64,000 nt of DNA. Source: Syncephalis fuscata S228. Lineage: Eukaryota > Fungi > Zoopagomycota. Each line of letters starts with the position of its first letter. Positions within the stretch are counted from its first letter, which is position 1. Both the position numbers and the translations under genes were made by a program. The DNA is taken from contig JAHLTZ010000027.1 in assembly GCA_025786725.1 (NCBI GenBank), positions 62,001-126,000 of the forward strand. Direction: 5' to 3'. Below the pieces are notes generated by a model that saw nothing but the letters and a program-made list of their open reading frames with translations, ran no database searches and was not told where the DNA came from. This document shows positions 13,024 to 27,259 of the stretch, in pieces.

Positions 13024-14896
13024 CTATCCATGCTGATGTTCAACGCTTAAATGCTTTTTTGCAAATTCACGAGTCGATTGCCAGTATGTTGAGATCCCTT
13101 CTATAGCAGTACTACATTCAACAGTTGTCATTCCACCAAGTGGTTCTGTATCTTTGGTTCAGTTAATTGGTGGATGCGACCATTTTATATAAGAACAGAT
13201 AAGAATATAAGTGCACGCACCATATAGGCTGTATCAAGCGTAAAGTCTATTTTAAATACTTCATTTGGTTCTTGAGGCATTACAATCTTGCCATATTTAA
13301 GATAAAAGATTGGAAATAGTATATGTGTGAAAAGAGCTACTAAAGTAATACATGCCATCTAATTTAGTATGTTAGTATCATAATTTAGCACATTGAATAT
13401 TTTACCAGTATAAATCTACGGCGGCCATCTGGATGATTTCTAAGTTTGTAGGAAATGAATCCAAACCATGACACTATTAATGGAATTTAGTCAAAACTAA
13501 ATACCTCAATTTGCGCATTAACTTACCAAATCCGCAGAATATTGCAATAGCAAGCCATGATATCGAAATCGCATATACCCAGAAATCATATCTTTTTGTA
13601 ACTTTGAAATATCATAATCTCCACTTATATTACTAGTCATTTTGATCCTAATATTCGTAAAATGTTTACTGTGGTATCAATAATAGTAATAAGCCAAACA
13701 GGTATTATCGCTTTTTTTGAAAATAGCTTTTTGCCAATAATGGACCTATAAATCAAACATTAAACACTATATAACCAACTTAACGATAACATACCAATGC
13801 AAAAGTATTATATCAAAAGGTATTCCTGATAAAAGCGTGTAAACATTAAAAAGAATTGGTGCTACATATGCATTGTGTAGAGCAGTCAGATGTATAAGGA
13901 AAACTAGTATATAATCATTAGTTGTATATTTTAAAATAGATTGAATCTACTTACAAATACAGTATATAATACTGATAACAAATGCGATCAAAAGCAGATT
14001 CCGTTTCAACAGCTTAAATCTTGCCAACATTATAGTACGAGTACATGCATACAACAAAACACCCAACACCTGTAGCAATACAGTTAGAATTATACACGTG
14101 TTTAATTATATTACTTACTATGGCAAAATATGTCCATTTGTAGGCAATATATGTGTGTGAAAAGAATATCTCATTCCATGGATTGGGTTCTACTAACAGT
14201 TTAGTATTGATATAGCAGGCATTTTATATAATTCACCTTGTTCAGCAGTATAATGAAAGTTTGTATAGTTTTTAGATATTTCCCATGGTATATTATAATC
14301 GAATGTTTTCATTACTACTGTTCTAATTGAGCTTGATACTGAAAATCTATTCTGTAACTTATCAAAATAATACGCAACACAATTGTGACCTAAATAAAAA
14401 TGTGGTGGCCGATATGAGGATAGAATAAGGAGCTTGACTGGTGGAAGTCCCATACGTGATGATTGCTGAATCAATCCATTTGCTGCTTGATTGATCTAAA
14501 TACAGTTAGCACATGTCTATCTATTATAATATAAACACTTACTCGCTCTTCGGTTTACAGTAACTCAGTAAACGATAATAATAACCTATGACTAGTGCAA
14601 AGTCAGGATATTTAGATGCATTATTAATAATATTTTGAATTGCTAGGTCGGAAGCATTAACTGGCGGAAAAGAGCATTTTATGCTTGGTTCTGTATATAT
14701 AGGGTATGTCCAGACAACTACAATCCCTTCATAATATCGTGCTGAGACTCGGGATGAAGGTATAGATCAGTTAAGTGATAAGATACTAGCTCTTTGGTAC
14801 CATTGAAAAGAGTGATTTTTGCACGAATATAGTTGATTGTATTGATATACAAATAAATAACAATAACACCAATTGTTGGTATTTTGAAAATAACAT
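13024..14896 (-). CDS. Signal peptide + ectodomain + 7TM receptor-like protein, tandem copy 1 (several frameshifts; possible pseudogene)
   Basis: Paralog of the genes at 16012-17882 and 18905-20756 with matching intron positions. Small deletions at ~14837 and ~13150-13190 relative to copy 2. Confidence 0.65.
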
Positions 14897-16011
14897 GCTG
14901 AAATTCAGAATAGAAAGTAACAAGGCTATATCCTCAGTGGATTTGAAGTGTATTATTATATAGTAAATAGCCATATAGCTTCATGCAAAGTCGCAAGCAT
15001 ATACAAACTAGCTTTGTGGCACAGGTCTTTTATATTGGTCTTCATACAATATCGAAAATTGGTAGCTAGTAGTTTATATGTAACATATGTTATTGTATGC
15101 AAATAGTGTACACTTGGAATGCATATTCGCCTACATAAGCTACATAGAATAGCATTCTAAATGTAAATGTATATCGCTTTTGTCGTATATTTAATAAATG
15201 CATTGGTTTAGAATAGCCAGAATTTAAATATTATTATAAGCCTTATTAAAACAATATAATGGATTTAAAACATTTTGCACCATCTATAGACTTGCATGGA
15301 AAGTGTTTAGCATTATGATGGTACCAATTGTGCATGCAGCTTGCGTTGTTTTTTTGTTCTGAAATTATGCCTAACTTACATTCCATTATCGCACTTTTAC
15401 AAATTTGCTCACGAGAACATAGTCAAAAACCTATTGACACTGGTAGTTAGCGAATAGTTCTGTAAACAAGCCAACAACTGGCCTGTCTGAGCGCAGAAAC
15501 GGATTCATAAATAGTATTTAATACCATTGTAGCAGATGAAAAAGTGGTAATAGCAAATAAATGATGCTTTAGATGCCATTTGGATACAGCGTCCATCAAT
15601 AAAAACCCATATTGATTTGGATGTGCCTGTGCTAATTAACCAACAATCTTGTAAATCAGCTTTCATTTCTTATTCGTCCCAGAAGTGATGTAGCTGCCGC
15701 ATTAATGCTAACCAGTCAAGCCCTATTTAGTTTAAATGTACTAGCGCAGTTATACTTACATTCAAATCAAAAATATCCCGTTTGTCTGGTCTTGTATTTG
15801 GCTGTGCTTTGTAGATTTATTAATGAGTAGTAAATAGGTTATTTAAGATTGATAGACTGGCTAACTTGTTAACTATAATCTATTTTTGTTATATTCACAA
15901 TACTATCAACAACCATTCTGGATAAACCGAGTAATCAAATACAGCAAAAACTATTTATTTTTTATTAGCTATTTAAAAAACATAAGTCGGCTGATTATTT
16001 ATAATAGTACG

Positions 16012-17882
16012 TTAACGATTAATTATTCTTGTAAGTTTACGAGTCAACTGCCAACGTATTGGGGCATCCTCTACTTTTGAATCGTATCCAACAGTTGTCA
16101 TTCCACCAAGTGGTTCTCGTATCTTTGGCTCAGTTAATTCCGGTGAATGTGGCCATTTTATACCAAGAACAGATAAGAATATGAGTGCACGCACCATATA
16201 GGCTGTATCAAGCGTAAAGTCTATTTTAAATACTTCATCAGGTGTTAAAGTATGGGAACCTTTGAAATATTTGATATAATAAATTGGAAATAGTATATAT
16301 GTAAAAATGGCTAGTACAGTAAGACATGCCAACTAGTGCGATAGGTAAGTATTACAAATCAATAAAATAAAGCTAGTAGATATTTTACCTGTATAAACTT
16401 GCGATGACCATCAGGATGTTTCTAAGCTTATAAGCTATAAATCCAAGCCATAACACTATCAATAATGTTAGTTTAAACTAAATGGTTTAGTTTATGTTAA
16501 CTTACAAAGTGCACATAATGTTACGATAGTAACCCATGGTAGAACAATACATCTAATTATATCAAAGATAGCGTAGAATAATGATGTTTTAGCATTAGTT
16601 TTGTTCCAATAAATGAGTCCTATTGAGTCTACAATTCGTAAAATGTTTACTGTGGTATCAATAAAAGTAATAATCCAAACAGGTATCATTGCTTTTTTTG
16701 AAAATAGCTTTTTGCCAATAATGGACCTATAAATCAAACATTAAACACTATATAACCAACTTAACGATAACATACCAATGCAAAAGTATTATATCAAAAG
16801 GTATTCCTGATAAAAGCGTGTAAACATTAAAAAGAATTGGTGCTACATATGCATTGTGTAGAGCAGTCAGATGTATAAGGAAAACTAGTATATAATCATT
16901 AGTTGTATATTCTAAAATAGATTAAATCTACTTACAAATACAGTATATAATACTGATAACAAATGCGATCAAAAGCAGATTCCGTTTCAACAGCTTAAAT
17001 CTTGCCAACATTATAGTACGAGTACATGCATACAACAAAACACCCAACACCTGTAGCAATACAGTTAGAATTATACACGTGTTTAATTATATTACTTACT
17101 ATGGCAAAATATGTCCATTTGTAGGCAATATATGTGTGTGAAAAGAATATCTCATTCCATGGATTGGGTTCTACTAACAGTTTAGTATTGATATAGCAGG
17201 CATTTTATATAATTCACCTTGTTCAGCAGTATAACGGAAGGCTGCGTAGTCACTTTTTATCACATTACTTGGGAAACTTGTTAAATCCACTGTTGATGTT
17301 TTTATTGAGTTTAGTCCCGCAAATCCTTGTGTTATATCTGTGAAATAACCCATAACATAATCGTAATCGAAAATAAAAATGATTGGTTTATCTAACAATA
17401 AAATAAAGAGCTTGATTTGTGGAAATCCTGCGTGTGATAATTGCCGAATTAATTCTTCTATTGCTTGACTAAACTAAACTACAGTTAATATATATATATA
17501 TATATGCTATAGCAGAGGCACTTACTTGTTTATTATTTGTGCATACATAGCCTAAATAATATGCGTTGTCTATGATTAACGCAAAATCTGGATATTTAGA
17601 TGCACTTTTAGCAATATTTTGAATTGCTGGGTCGGAAGCATTAACTGACGGAAAAAAGCATTTTGTGCTTCGTTTTTCATATCCAGGAAAGCTCCATACA
17701 AGTGCAATCCCTTCATAATGATTGTGCTGAGACGCAGGATGAAGGTATAGATCAGTTAAAGGATAAGATACTAGCTCTTTGGTACCATTGAAAAGAGTGA
17801 TTTTTGCACGAACATAGTTGATTTGTATTAATATACAAATAAATGACAATAACACCAATTGTTGGTATTTTGAAAATAACAT
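16012..17882 (-). CDS. Signal peptide + ectodomain + 7TM (GPCR-like) protein, tandem copy 2
   Basis: Spliced product: signal MLFSKYQQLVLLSFICILIQINYVRA, a ~180-aa ectodomain, juxtamembrane EQEPNPWNEIFFS, then seven hydrophobic segments ending in FTLDTAYMVRALIFLSVLGIKWP and a polar tail. One 1-nt deletion at ~16420. Confidence 0.75.
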
Positions 17883-18904
17883 GTTGAAATTCAGAATAGA
17901 AAGTAACAAGGCTATATCCTCAGTGGATTTGAAGTGTATTATTATATAGTAAATAGCCATATAGCTTCATGCAAAGTCGCAAGCACATACAAACTAGCTT
18001 TGTGGTACAGGCCTTTTAAATTGATGTGCAGTCAATATCAAAGAATTAATAGCTAATAATTGGTGAATAATGGTAAATAAAATTTATTTATAGATATATG
18101 TTGGCTGTTCAAAGTATAATATGGGTAGACATATGCTATGATATTCATGTTATTCCAACTCCCACGAATTCACGTGGTGATACCAATTTTTCATGGGACT
18201 TGAATTGTTTCTTTGTTCTTGAAACACATGCATAATTCTATATTTCCATTGCTATAATTATTCGGTTTTAATGGTAAAAGCACGATCAAAATTTACTAAC
18301 ACCCATGTTCATCAAACATTGCCAAGAACAAATCAAAGGCTGACCTGTTTAAATGCAAAATCGGATCCAGCAAAAGTAATTCAAAGGTTAAAGCAGTATC
18401 ATTAGGCCTTTGAGTGATGTTATTCATATGAACGAAAGAAATGAAAACAAGATAGAAATCGTTTGAATATCATTTAAATGAAATGTCTATTAGTAAAAAA
18501 TTGTTTATATAGTTAATTGAATATGCGTATATTAATGAGCCAAGCCTTTGTGAGTTGATTTTCATCCTTATACATCTCAACATTGACGTGAATAACACAT
18601 CAATTCCTAACATTTGAATCATATTTAGTTTAATATGATGGTGCATTTTTAAGTATAAGCAATTTAGAAATTGTTTTTTGTCTAGCTTTATATTTAATTT
18701 TACTTTCTAGATTTATTAATGAATGGTAAATGGACTATTGCGCTTACAATAATATCAGCAATTACCGATTTATAAGCTAAATAATTAAACATTAAATACA
18801 GAAATTGCTAATTGAATACGGCAATAGCTATTTCCTATTTAAATTCAAAAAACATGTCAATTAACTATTTACGAGGATACTTGGTGCTTAATTACATTTT
18901 AATT

Positions 18905-20756
18905 TCACAGGCTAATTTTTGTATTGGCGCTTTCCTTTGTATTTGTGTCACATCCAATAGTAGTCATTCCACCAAGTGGTTCTCGTATTGCTGGCTCACT
19001 TAAATTTGGCGAATATGGCCATTTTATACCAAGAACTGATAGAAATACGCATGCACGGATCACATAGGCTGTATAAACATAAAGTCTGATTTAAACACTT
19101 GATCAGGTGCTGGTCCATTTAATACTGGCGGGTAAAAGATATAACGAAACGGGAATACTAGATACGTGAAAAGGGCTATGACAGTAAGGCATGCCAGCTA
19201 GTGTAGAATATAAGTACTATAATCTAGCACACTAAATATATCAGAGATTTTACCTGTGTAAATTTACGATGGCCATCAGGATGTTTCCTAAGCTTATAAG
19301 ATATGAATCCGAACCATAGCACTATCAAATGGCAGTTAGCTTAAATTACTTTTAGTTAGTTTATGTTGACTTACAAAATGCACAGGATGTTGCAATAGCA
19401 ATCCATGATAGCGCACTATACACAGAGCCATCGAAAAAAGCGTTGAATAATGATAAAATAATTGTTTTTTCACCCCAGTAAATGCCTGTTATCAAGCCTA
19501 CAAGCCTTAGAATGTTTACTATAACATCAATGATGATAATAAGCCAAAAAGGAATTATCATTATTATTGAAGATACTTTTTTGCCAATAAATGATTAAAA
19601 ACCAAATGTTAAATATTATACTATCGATGTCTATTAATCGCATACCAATGCAAAAGTATTATATCAAAGGGTGTTCCTGCTAAAAAAACGTAAAATCTTA
19701 AAAATATTAAGGATAAATATGTTTTTCCTAAAGCAGCCAAATGTATAAGGAAAACTAGTATATAATCATAAGTTGTATATTTTAGAATATATTGGATTTA
19801 CTTACAAATGCAGTATACAAAACCGGTAACGAATGCAATCAAAAGCAGATTTTGCTTCAGTATCTTTAATCTTGTCAGTCTTATAATACGAGCACATGTA
19901 TACAACAAGACACCCAATACCTATAGCAACACAATAAGAATGCTATATCTGTTTGACTTTACTGCTCACCAAGGTAAAATATGTCCATTTGTAAGCGATA
20001 TATGTGTGCGAGAATAATAGCTCATTCCATGGGTCAGGTTCTATTAATAGTTTAATATTGATATGATGGCAGTTTTAAATGGTTTACCTATTTCAGCAGT
20101 ATAGCGGAGGGCTGTGTAGCCGTTAACATTTGCCATATCTTTTGGAAAGTTATACTCCTCCACCACTGATGTTGTTATTGGGTCTGATTCCACAAACCCA
20201 TTTACCGTATCGGAAAAGATGCTTATAATATAATCGTAACCTAAATCAAAAAATGGTGACCAATATGAAAATAGAATAAACAGCTTGACTGGTGGAAATC
20301 CTGCGCGCAATAATTGCCGCATCAATTCATCTATTGCTTGACTGATCTAAATTGCAGTTATTGTATATATTTATTTTATACCATAATAAAATACTTACCT
20401 GTTCTGTGGTATCACACTTAGCAGAAAAAGAGTATTCATAGTCTGAGATTAATGCAAAATCTGGATAGCTAGATGCAATTTCAGCAATATTTTGGATCGT
20501 TGGATCGGAGGCATTAACCAGCGGGAAAGAGCATTTTGTGTTTGATTCTGTATAATTAAGGAAATTTGATACAAGTGCAGTGCCATTATAAGGACGCCGA
20601 TGAGCTCCGGATAAAGAAATGCATCGGTTAATTTATAAGATATTTGGTCGCTGGTGCCATTAAAAAGAGTGAGTTTTGCACAAACATAGTTGATTTGTAT
20701 TAATATACAAGTAAATAGCAATAACACCAATTGTTGGTATTTTGAAAAAAAAACAT
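18905..20756 (-). CDS. Signal peptide + ectodomain + 7TM receptor-like protein, tandem copy 3
   Basis: Same exon layout (EPDPWNELLFS; RACVFLSVLGIKWP; EPLGGMTT). Apparent frameshifts in the poly-T after the ATG and near 20600. Confidence 0.7.
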
Positions 20757-21580
20757 GTTAGAATTAAAACAGAAAGGGATGGGGTTACATTTTAAATGGA
20801 CTATACTTTATTATTATATAGTAAGTAGTCGTATAGCTTCGTATAATGTCACATGCAAGTATAACTGGTTTTGTGGTATAGGCCTTTTACATTAGTGTGC
20901 AGGCAATATTAGAGAACTAGTAGCTAGCAATCTTGTAGATAAGTAATTTACAATGATGTTTATTTATAAGTATTTACAACATAAGCTGTTACAAGCATAT
21001 AAATATTATTATACCTGAAACATTAGTTAAAAGGCCAGTAGTTTTTAGAATGTATATGGATATGCATAAGCTGTAAATTACATGAAACAACATTCCAAAT
21101 GTGAATGTATACTGTTTTTATCATAATAAAGACATTGGTTTACAACATTCAAAGAATTGATTTTATTATTATTACCGCAGTATAGTAAATTTAGCAATAC
21201 TGTTACAGCATCTACAAAACCATATTAAAAAATCAACATTATGGTGGCAATATGTATGCAAGCAGCCTAAAATGTCTTTTTATTTTGAAGTGTACGTGTA
21301 ATTATAATGTTTAGATGAAAACATTGTCATAGTTACTAATATTTTAGATTGTATTGGCTACTCCGCTTGTTAATAATAAATAATACAATAATTTATTTGT
21401 AAATAATAGGAAATAGAATGTAATGAATGTGTAATAATAATACATCATTAGCTAACTACTTCAAAAGCTATTTATTATGACTACTAGTTAAATTGATACT
21501 CAGTAAACATGGCGTGGTAGTTAGTATTAACCAGCTTAATTATTAATTACTTGATAATATTCCTCAAAAAGGCTGTTCAT

Positions 21581-22818
21581 TTAGCGGGCGGCTATCTTCG
21601 CCTTCTCCGGTACAACCATAGATAGTTGTTCCTCGGCAATTGACGTTGCCGATATGGACAATGTTGCCTCAAATAAAGATTGGAACGTATTAAGCACGTC
21701 TGATGCCTCAGACCAGTAAACGATATTGGCCTGTATCGATACAGCATCAGGACCGGAAAGAATACGATGTAAAGCACGGTTTCGCCGTGGCATGTAAATA
21801 TCTTGACTAGAGATCGCATAGCAATTAATTAAGTGATCAATAAACAGCCTCATCTGCTACATCAACGTAATTATAAAAACTTACCTTCTTAACTCGCAAC
21901 CAGGACAAAAATCATTCTGTCCATCGCCAAGATAGATGACACGATCGTAATTGCCACGTAGGCGTTGCATCACCTTTCCTTTGCAAATATTAATGGTACA
22001 ACTTGATGTTACTCAATGACTGCTGATGGCGACAACGGCTGTGTATCATCTTCCGTTGGATCACTGCTCTTTGGTCGGCGTCGTTGCACCGTGCGTTCAC
22101 ACCCGTGTGACTCATGGGCCGACACATAACGCTGTAGCGATAATCGACCATCCGACGTCCATTGCGACTCATTGGTAATGACTTGAGCAAAGAGTTTATC
22201 AAGTCCATGAGCACGTAACATTCCCAAATCGCCGTAGTATTTGCATCGCTAATAATCATCAGTTCCGTCTCGCCTGATTGATGGGCCAATTGCAAGGCTG
22301 CCTTCATGGCTGGATGCAGCGGTAATCTTCTAAATACCTGTTCTATTTGATCCCTCGTTTTACCAGATTGATGCAACTCTGTATAAATGCGATCCTATAT
22401 AATTTAATCATCATTATAACTAGTATTAATATTGGATTTTATTTAATTCTTATATCCATAATTTTTAAAGGCATTCCCCCTTTTACTTTTATATATTGTG
22501 CAAATGACTTACCATCAAGTCTGTCCATTGCATTGATGAGAAATAGTTGGCGCGAAAGTCGGCCAGTATATGAGGTGGCAATAGTTCGAATATAGAACGA
22601 TCACTAATAGTAGCATAGCAATAGACGGTTAGCTTATCGGTTATAGTTCCACTAGCTTTTTTATAGTATTAATTACCTATCGGCGTCAATCACCGTCCTG
22701 TATACGCATATATATATATATAATAAATATAATATATAGCTTATGATAAATGGTGTATTCTATTTGGTCGCAGTACTTGAACATACCAGTCAAAGTCCAA
22801 TGCAACAAGAGTACGCAT
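21581..22818 (-). CDS. HAD-family phosphatase, PHOSPHO1/PHOSPHO2-like (pyridoxal-phosphate / phosphoethanolamine phosphatase)
   Basis: Spliced MRTLVALDFDWTVIDADSD (motif I), MQWTDLM, IISDANT (motif II), NICKG (motif III), VIYLGDGQNDFCP (motif IV). Two apparent 1-nt deletions (~22223, ~22012). Confidence 0.85.
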
Positions 22819-23168
22819 GTTTAATTAATTCAATGACTATTTTCAAAAAATAGTATAGTTCACCAAAATCAAAAAGTGGAAATAAAGTAAAAACCAACTG
22901 TTGTGAGTGAATGAGTGAGTGAGTGTGGATGTGTAGATATGAGGCTACTGGCTTTACTCCAGTCTTTTATATTCCAATGTTATTGTGATGAAGATAGATG
23001 GAACTGATGTGAAAATCAGTTCATCAATTGATAAGCCTTTCCCCCCAAACATCGTCATAGTGAAACGACTCGAATATTCCAAGTAGGAGATAAGATAAGT
23101 GGCTACCAATAGAATTGGCTACTGACATGCTATTTATAAACATAGATGATGATTTATTAATATAGTAA

Positions 23169-23955
23169 TTAGATGTCACGAAGTTGGTTATGGATACGGG
23201 TTATTTCCAGTTCCAACTCGTCAAGGCTTGTTTGTAACGTTGATACATCCTCAAACTTGCGATGCTCATTGGCCTCGAGTAAATAGGCTGCTACCCGTTC
23301 CCGCTGTTCTCGAAGTACATGGAGCGTTTCACGCAATGTAACAGCAGTTGGTTTGTCAAAGGTGCCCGTGGGAGAAGGTGTCGAGTTTGGTGGTGATGAT
23401 TTAGCTGGTCCTTTCTCACCATGGCTGGTCCGCAACGATTCGTCAGCTGTTGCTGCCTTTGACGATGAAGCTATGGAGGTTGATGGCGATACTTTTGTGG
23501 CAATGTCTGGAGTTTGTGACGATAAGGAAGAAAGCGATACAGTTGAGGCAGGACGTAGAAGTTTGGGTAGAAGCGAGAGTGACAGCATATTTTGTTGTAA
23601 AAATAGCTGGCAGGCTCGTCCAATGGCCGCTTGTAATCTCATTTCTGTCTCGGTATTTGTGGGTAGTCGAGCAATTTGTTTGCTAATTAAATAAAATTAA
23701 ATAAATGTTACAATATATCAGTATTGCTTACCTAACAAGATCATACTGTGCAAAGCTGTCCATCAGCTGTTTACGTATTTGACTGGCTTTTTGAAAGTCA
23801 TGATATGGCTGTCTTGCTGTATTCTCTTCTTGTCTAATAATACTATTAGTATACCGATAATCATATTTACTAATTACTTACTTTAACAATTGTGCCAATT
23901 GATTAAATTGCGGCAATAAATCATGGATGGTGGAACGATGTACCAATAAAGACTA

Positions 23956-23986
<31 letters not shown>

Positions 23987-26047
23987 GTTTAGTCTATTAT
24001 TTTAGTTACTTTTATTTCTAATTACCTCATATAAATCCATAAGTCTGGCCGGCCTTCCCTGGCCTAGCCGTTTTTCTCGTCGTCTAATATTTATTAGCTA
24101 TTGTTGACACTGGAATATCTGCCCATATCTCTACCTGATAACCGTGCGATTACACTCAATACAAAGACGTATTTCACCTACGGAAAATGGATCATCTACT
24201 GGTCCATCAAGATCGCCTAAATCACCGTTACTATTAGATTAAAATAAATAAACAAATTATATGTTCATTACCATTTGCCGTTAAAGTATGAACATCAGAG
24301 CAGTGTGATTGGCCACATACAACACGGCCACATAATCGACAATGATGCTTTCTATTAACTAATGCTTTAAATACATCACTGTATAAATTATACATTTGTT
24401 GTATTAATACTAATTTATATAGTTGCTTTTGGAACAGTATATAACGTACCCGCATAGTGGACAATGATCTACAGCGGCATCATCTTCCCATGTTACAATC
24501 GTTTGATCGATGGCTAGTCCAATAATTAATGTCAAAATTAATTAATATACCAACAAATTCACTTACTTTTTCGAACTTGTTGTTGCGGTTTGATTCGTTG
24601 CATTACTGCGCCCACAACGCTTGATGGATCGGCGTAAGCTTGTGCTAACTACAAATAACTTTTGTTTAATTTAACTACCATTAGTTAACTTTTGTTTACC
24701 TTTTCTAATCTTTTCTCCAATCGATTAGCCTCAAGGTTTGTTCGCACTGACATCTCTTGCCGCATAACAAGAAATGTAGCCGTCTTGGATCGTATTAAAC
24801 CTATAGTATAGCATGCTATTGTTATTATTAATATTACATATATTGCTATGCTTACCTTGTCGGTCATGTGCTCCTTGGTAGACGTTAAAACACGCTTCAC
24901 ATACTCGACACCATCGGCCTCGTTTTGGATCATGCCGTGCCTTCTCATTCAACTTCAATGCGCACATGCAATGAATATGACAGAAAAGTTTACCACAGCT
25001 AATTAGATCAATTGTTATATAAATTACAATATAATTACGATTAGTTAATTCACTTATAAACATGGTCTGTTATTACCTGCGGCAGTGCTCTTTACCCGTA
25101 AGCATAGTAAGTGCTCCGCGCTGTTTAGCACATCCTGGTGCATTACATGTAGCACCGTCTGTAACAGGTTGCCAATGTGCCCGCATAATCCAATTCTCTT
25201 CATCCTGATCTATTACATCCCCTGACTGTATTTGCTGCTGGAGTGCTAATTGAGGTGGATCCGATAATGAATACAGATGGCTCAACAGCGATCCATCGCT
25301 TTGTCGTGCTTGTTGCTGTCCACCAGTGTTGGCACTATTAATGGCTCGTGCTGCCAATTGAGTTAACTTATTCTTGGCCGGTTCAAACTTTTTTTGGGCT
25401 TGTTTAAACCATCCCATAACAGCTTGAGCAGGATCAAAGTCCTCGTCATCTTCATCATCATCAACTTCATCTTCTAAAAATGGGCTAACTTCTCTATCAT
25501 CGTCACCATTGACACTGCCCCACAGCCAAGACGATGCACCTGTTGATTGATTACCTCTGTTTAACAGTGCACTGCCTGATAAACTTTTTCTATGCGAAGG
25601 GCCACTTTGACGTGGTGGTAAGATGGGTGGTCGTCTTGTTGTCGACGCCGTAGATTGCACGGTGGCTGTAACTTTACCCGGCGACTTAGTCGATGAATTG
25701 AATGGCGTCTCAGGGTGAGCTACATCCAAATGATTGTTAAGTGCCATAAGCGTCTCGGCTATTTGCCCACATATAGGACATGCCAGTACAGGTGAACTGG
25801 TATTTGAATCAGCTAGATTGCTATTATTGCTATTGTTGGCCATTAATGTAGCATTTGCATTGAATGCGGAATAGATGGTTTGTGGCGGTGTATGTACAGG
25901 TGGCGCAATTGTAGCCTCATTGCTAGTATCTGGTAAAACAAGACCATTAATTTCAGCAAACGCTGTTACTGTCGAACTGGCACGTTGACGCGTTGCCATC
26001 ATAATTGGCTGTGTAGGTTGATGTTGGCTTAAATATGTTGTTGTTGC

Positions 26048-26082
<35 letters not shown>

Positions 26083-26613
26083 ACGAGGTGAAGGTGGTGT
26101 AGAAGGTACTGACTGAACTGGATCAGGCCCTTCACTAGTATATATAGTCGGCTCTCTTTCTTCAGTAAAACTATTGCTAATGCTGTGTTTTTGAGACTGA
26201 TGTTGATGAACACGCGAATCGGGTGTAGCACTTGCAGATCTTGCTTTCATACCAGGGCCGCCTTTCCCCATAAAACTATCGACGGACTTATTTGATAACG
26301 GCTGTGTAGACGATTGAGAATAGGAGCGTTGCCATGGTGGTATAATTTTATTGTTACTACTAGCGCTAGTGGACGCTGACCCATCAGATATAAAGGTCCC
26401 ACTAGCTCTATCAGCTGTGGCACTGTTCAGGCTAGTAATGTTGGATAGTGGAGTGAACTTGGCATGGCCTGGAGTGTCAGCAGCTGAAAATACCACTTGT
26501 GGTGTATTCATCGTATTCAACTGGTCCTGGTGGTCATCATACGATACAAGTTGTGGCTGTGTCGGCTCGGTCCAGCCTTGTCTATCTCTTCCGGGTAGAC
26601 TGGACATACTCAT
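23169..26613 (-). CDS. PEP7: Vac1/Pep7/Rabenosyn-5 FYVE-domain endosomal tethering factor
   Basis: C2H2 finger (CPICGQ...HLDVAH), FYVE 1 (WQPV...KEHCRR/CGKLFC...RVCEAC), FYVE 2 (WEDD...RKHHCRLCGRVVC) and a C-terminal Rabenosyn Rab-binding helix (LREQRERVAAYLLEANEHRKFEDVSTLQTSLDEL). The two 5' ORFs join across a 1-nt deletion at ~26034 after a poly-Q tract. Confidence 0.85.
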
Positions 26614-27259
26614 TCAATAAAAATACTGGCGATATTGATATATATAAAAACACTTGATGACTACTTAAATTGGAGAAAAACAAGAATTAAACAAATAGAA
26701 TCGCTGTAACAGTGCTATTGCGTAAACAAGAGAATAATAAAGTGAGCAAAAAAACACTTGCCCCTTCAATGTTTTTTAAAGGAAAAGTATAAAACACAAA
26801 CCAAAATGGAACTACAGCAATAAGCACTTCATGTGATATAAAGAATAGAATAGTAGAACGCCAAGAAGCAGAGAATGTACAGCAGAGAAAGATAGCAAGA
26901 TTTATATTGGGGTACCGACGACAGACGAGGACTGTTTACTAGAAACTGTGATAGTAATAAAAGTCTATATAAAAAACATTAATAATATTAAATGATTAAT
27001 AAATTGCCTATAAAAATAAATTGGCTTTATTTATTCAATAAAATATATGCTAATTTAGCATTACTAAGTATAAATGTATTTACGGTTGATGGTAAGCAAC
27101 CTAATTTACTATAAAAAAGAAAAATTATTACGATGAATTATTACGTTATAGTAAAATAAAGATTATAATTATATAAATGTGTAAAAATATTTATTTAAAA
27201 GTATTAAACGGAAGAAGAATTGAATGAGTTGTATTGAAATATTTGGGAATGGCAATAAT

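Larger units (their letters stand above)
12270..21300. repeat. Tandem triplication, unit ~2.9-3.0 kb (gene plus flanks)
   Basis: The three gene starts are spaced 2986 and 2874 bp apart, and upstream and downstream non-coding sequence is also homologous (e.g. 14900-15070, 17886-18060, 20760-20930). Outer limits are approximate. Confidence 0.85.

Noticed and set aside
14897-14974. Upstream in-frame ATG (MAIYYII...) for receptor copies 1 and 2
   Set aside because: Not conserved in copy 3 and would bury the signal peptide; the TATATAA within it looks like the TATA box, so the MLFSK ATG is preferred.
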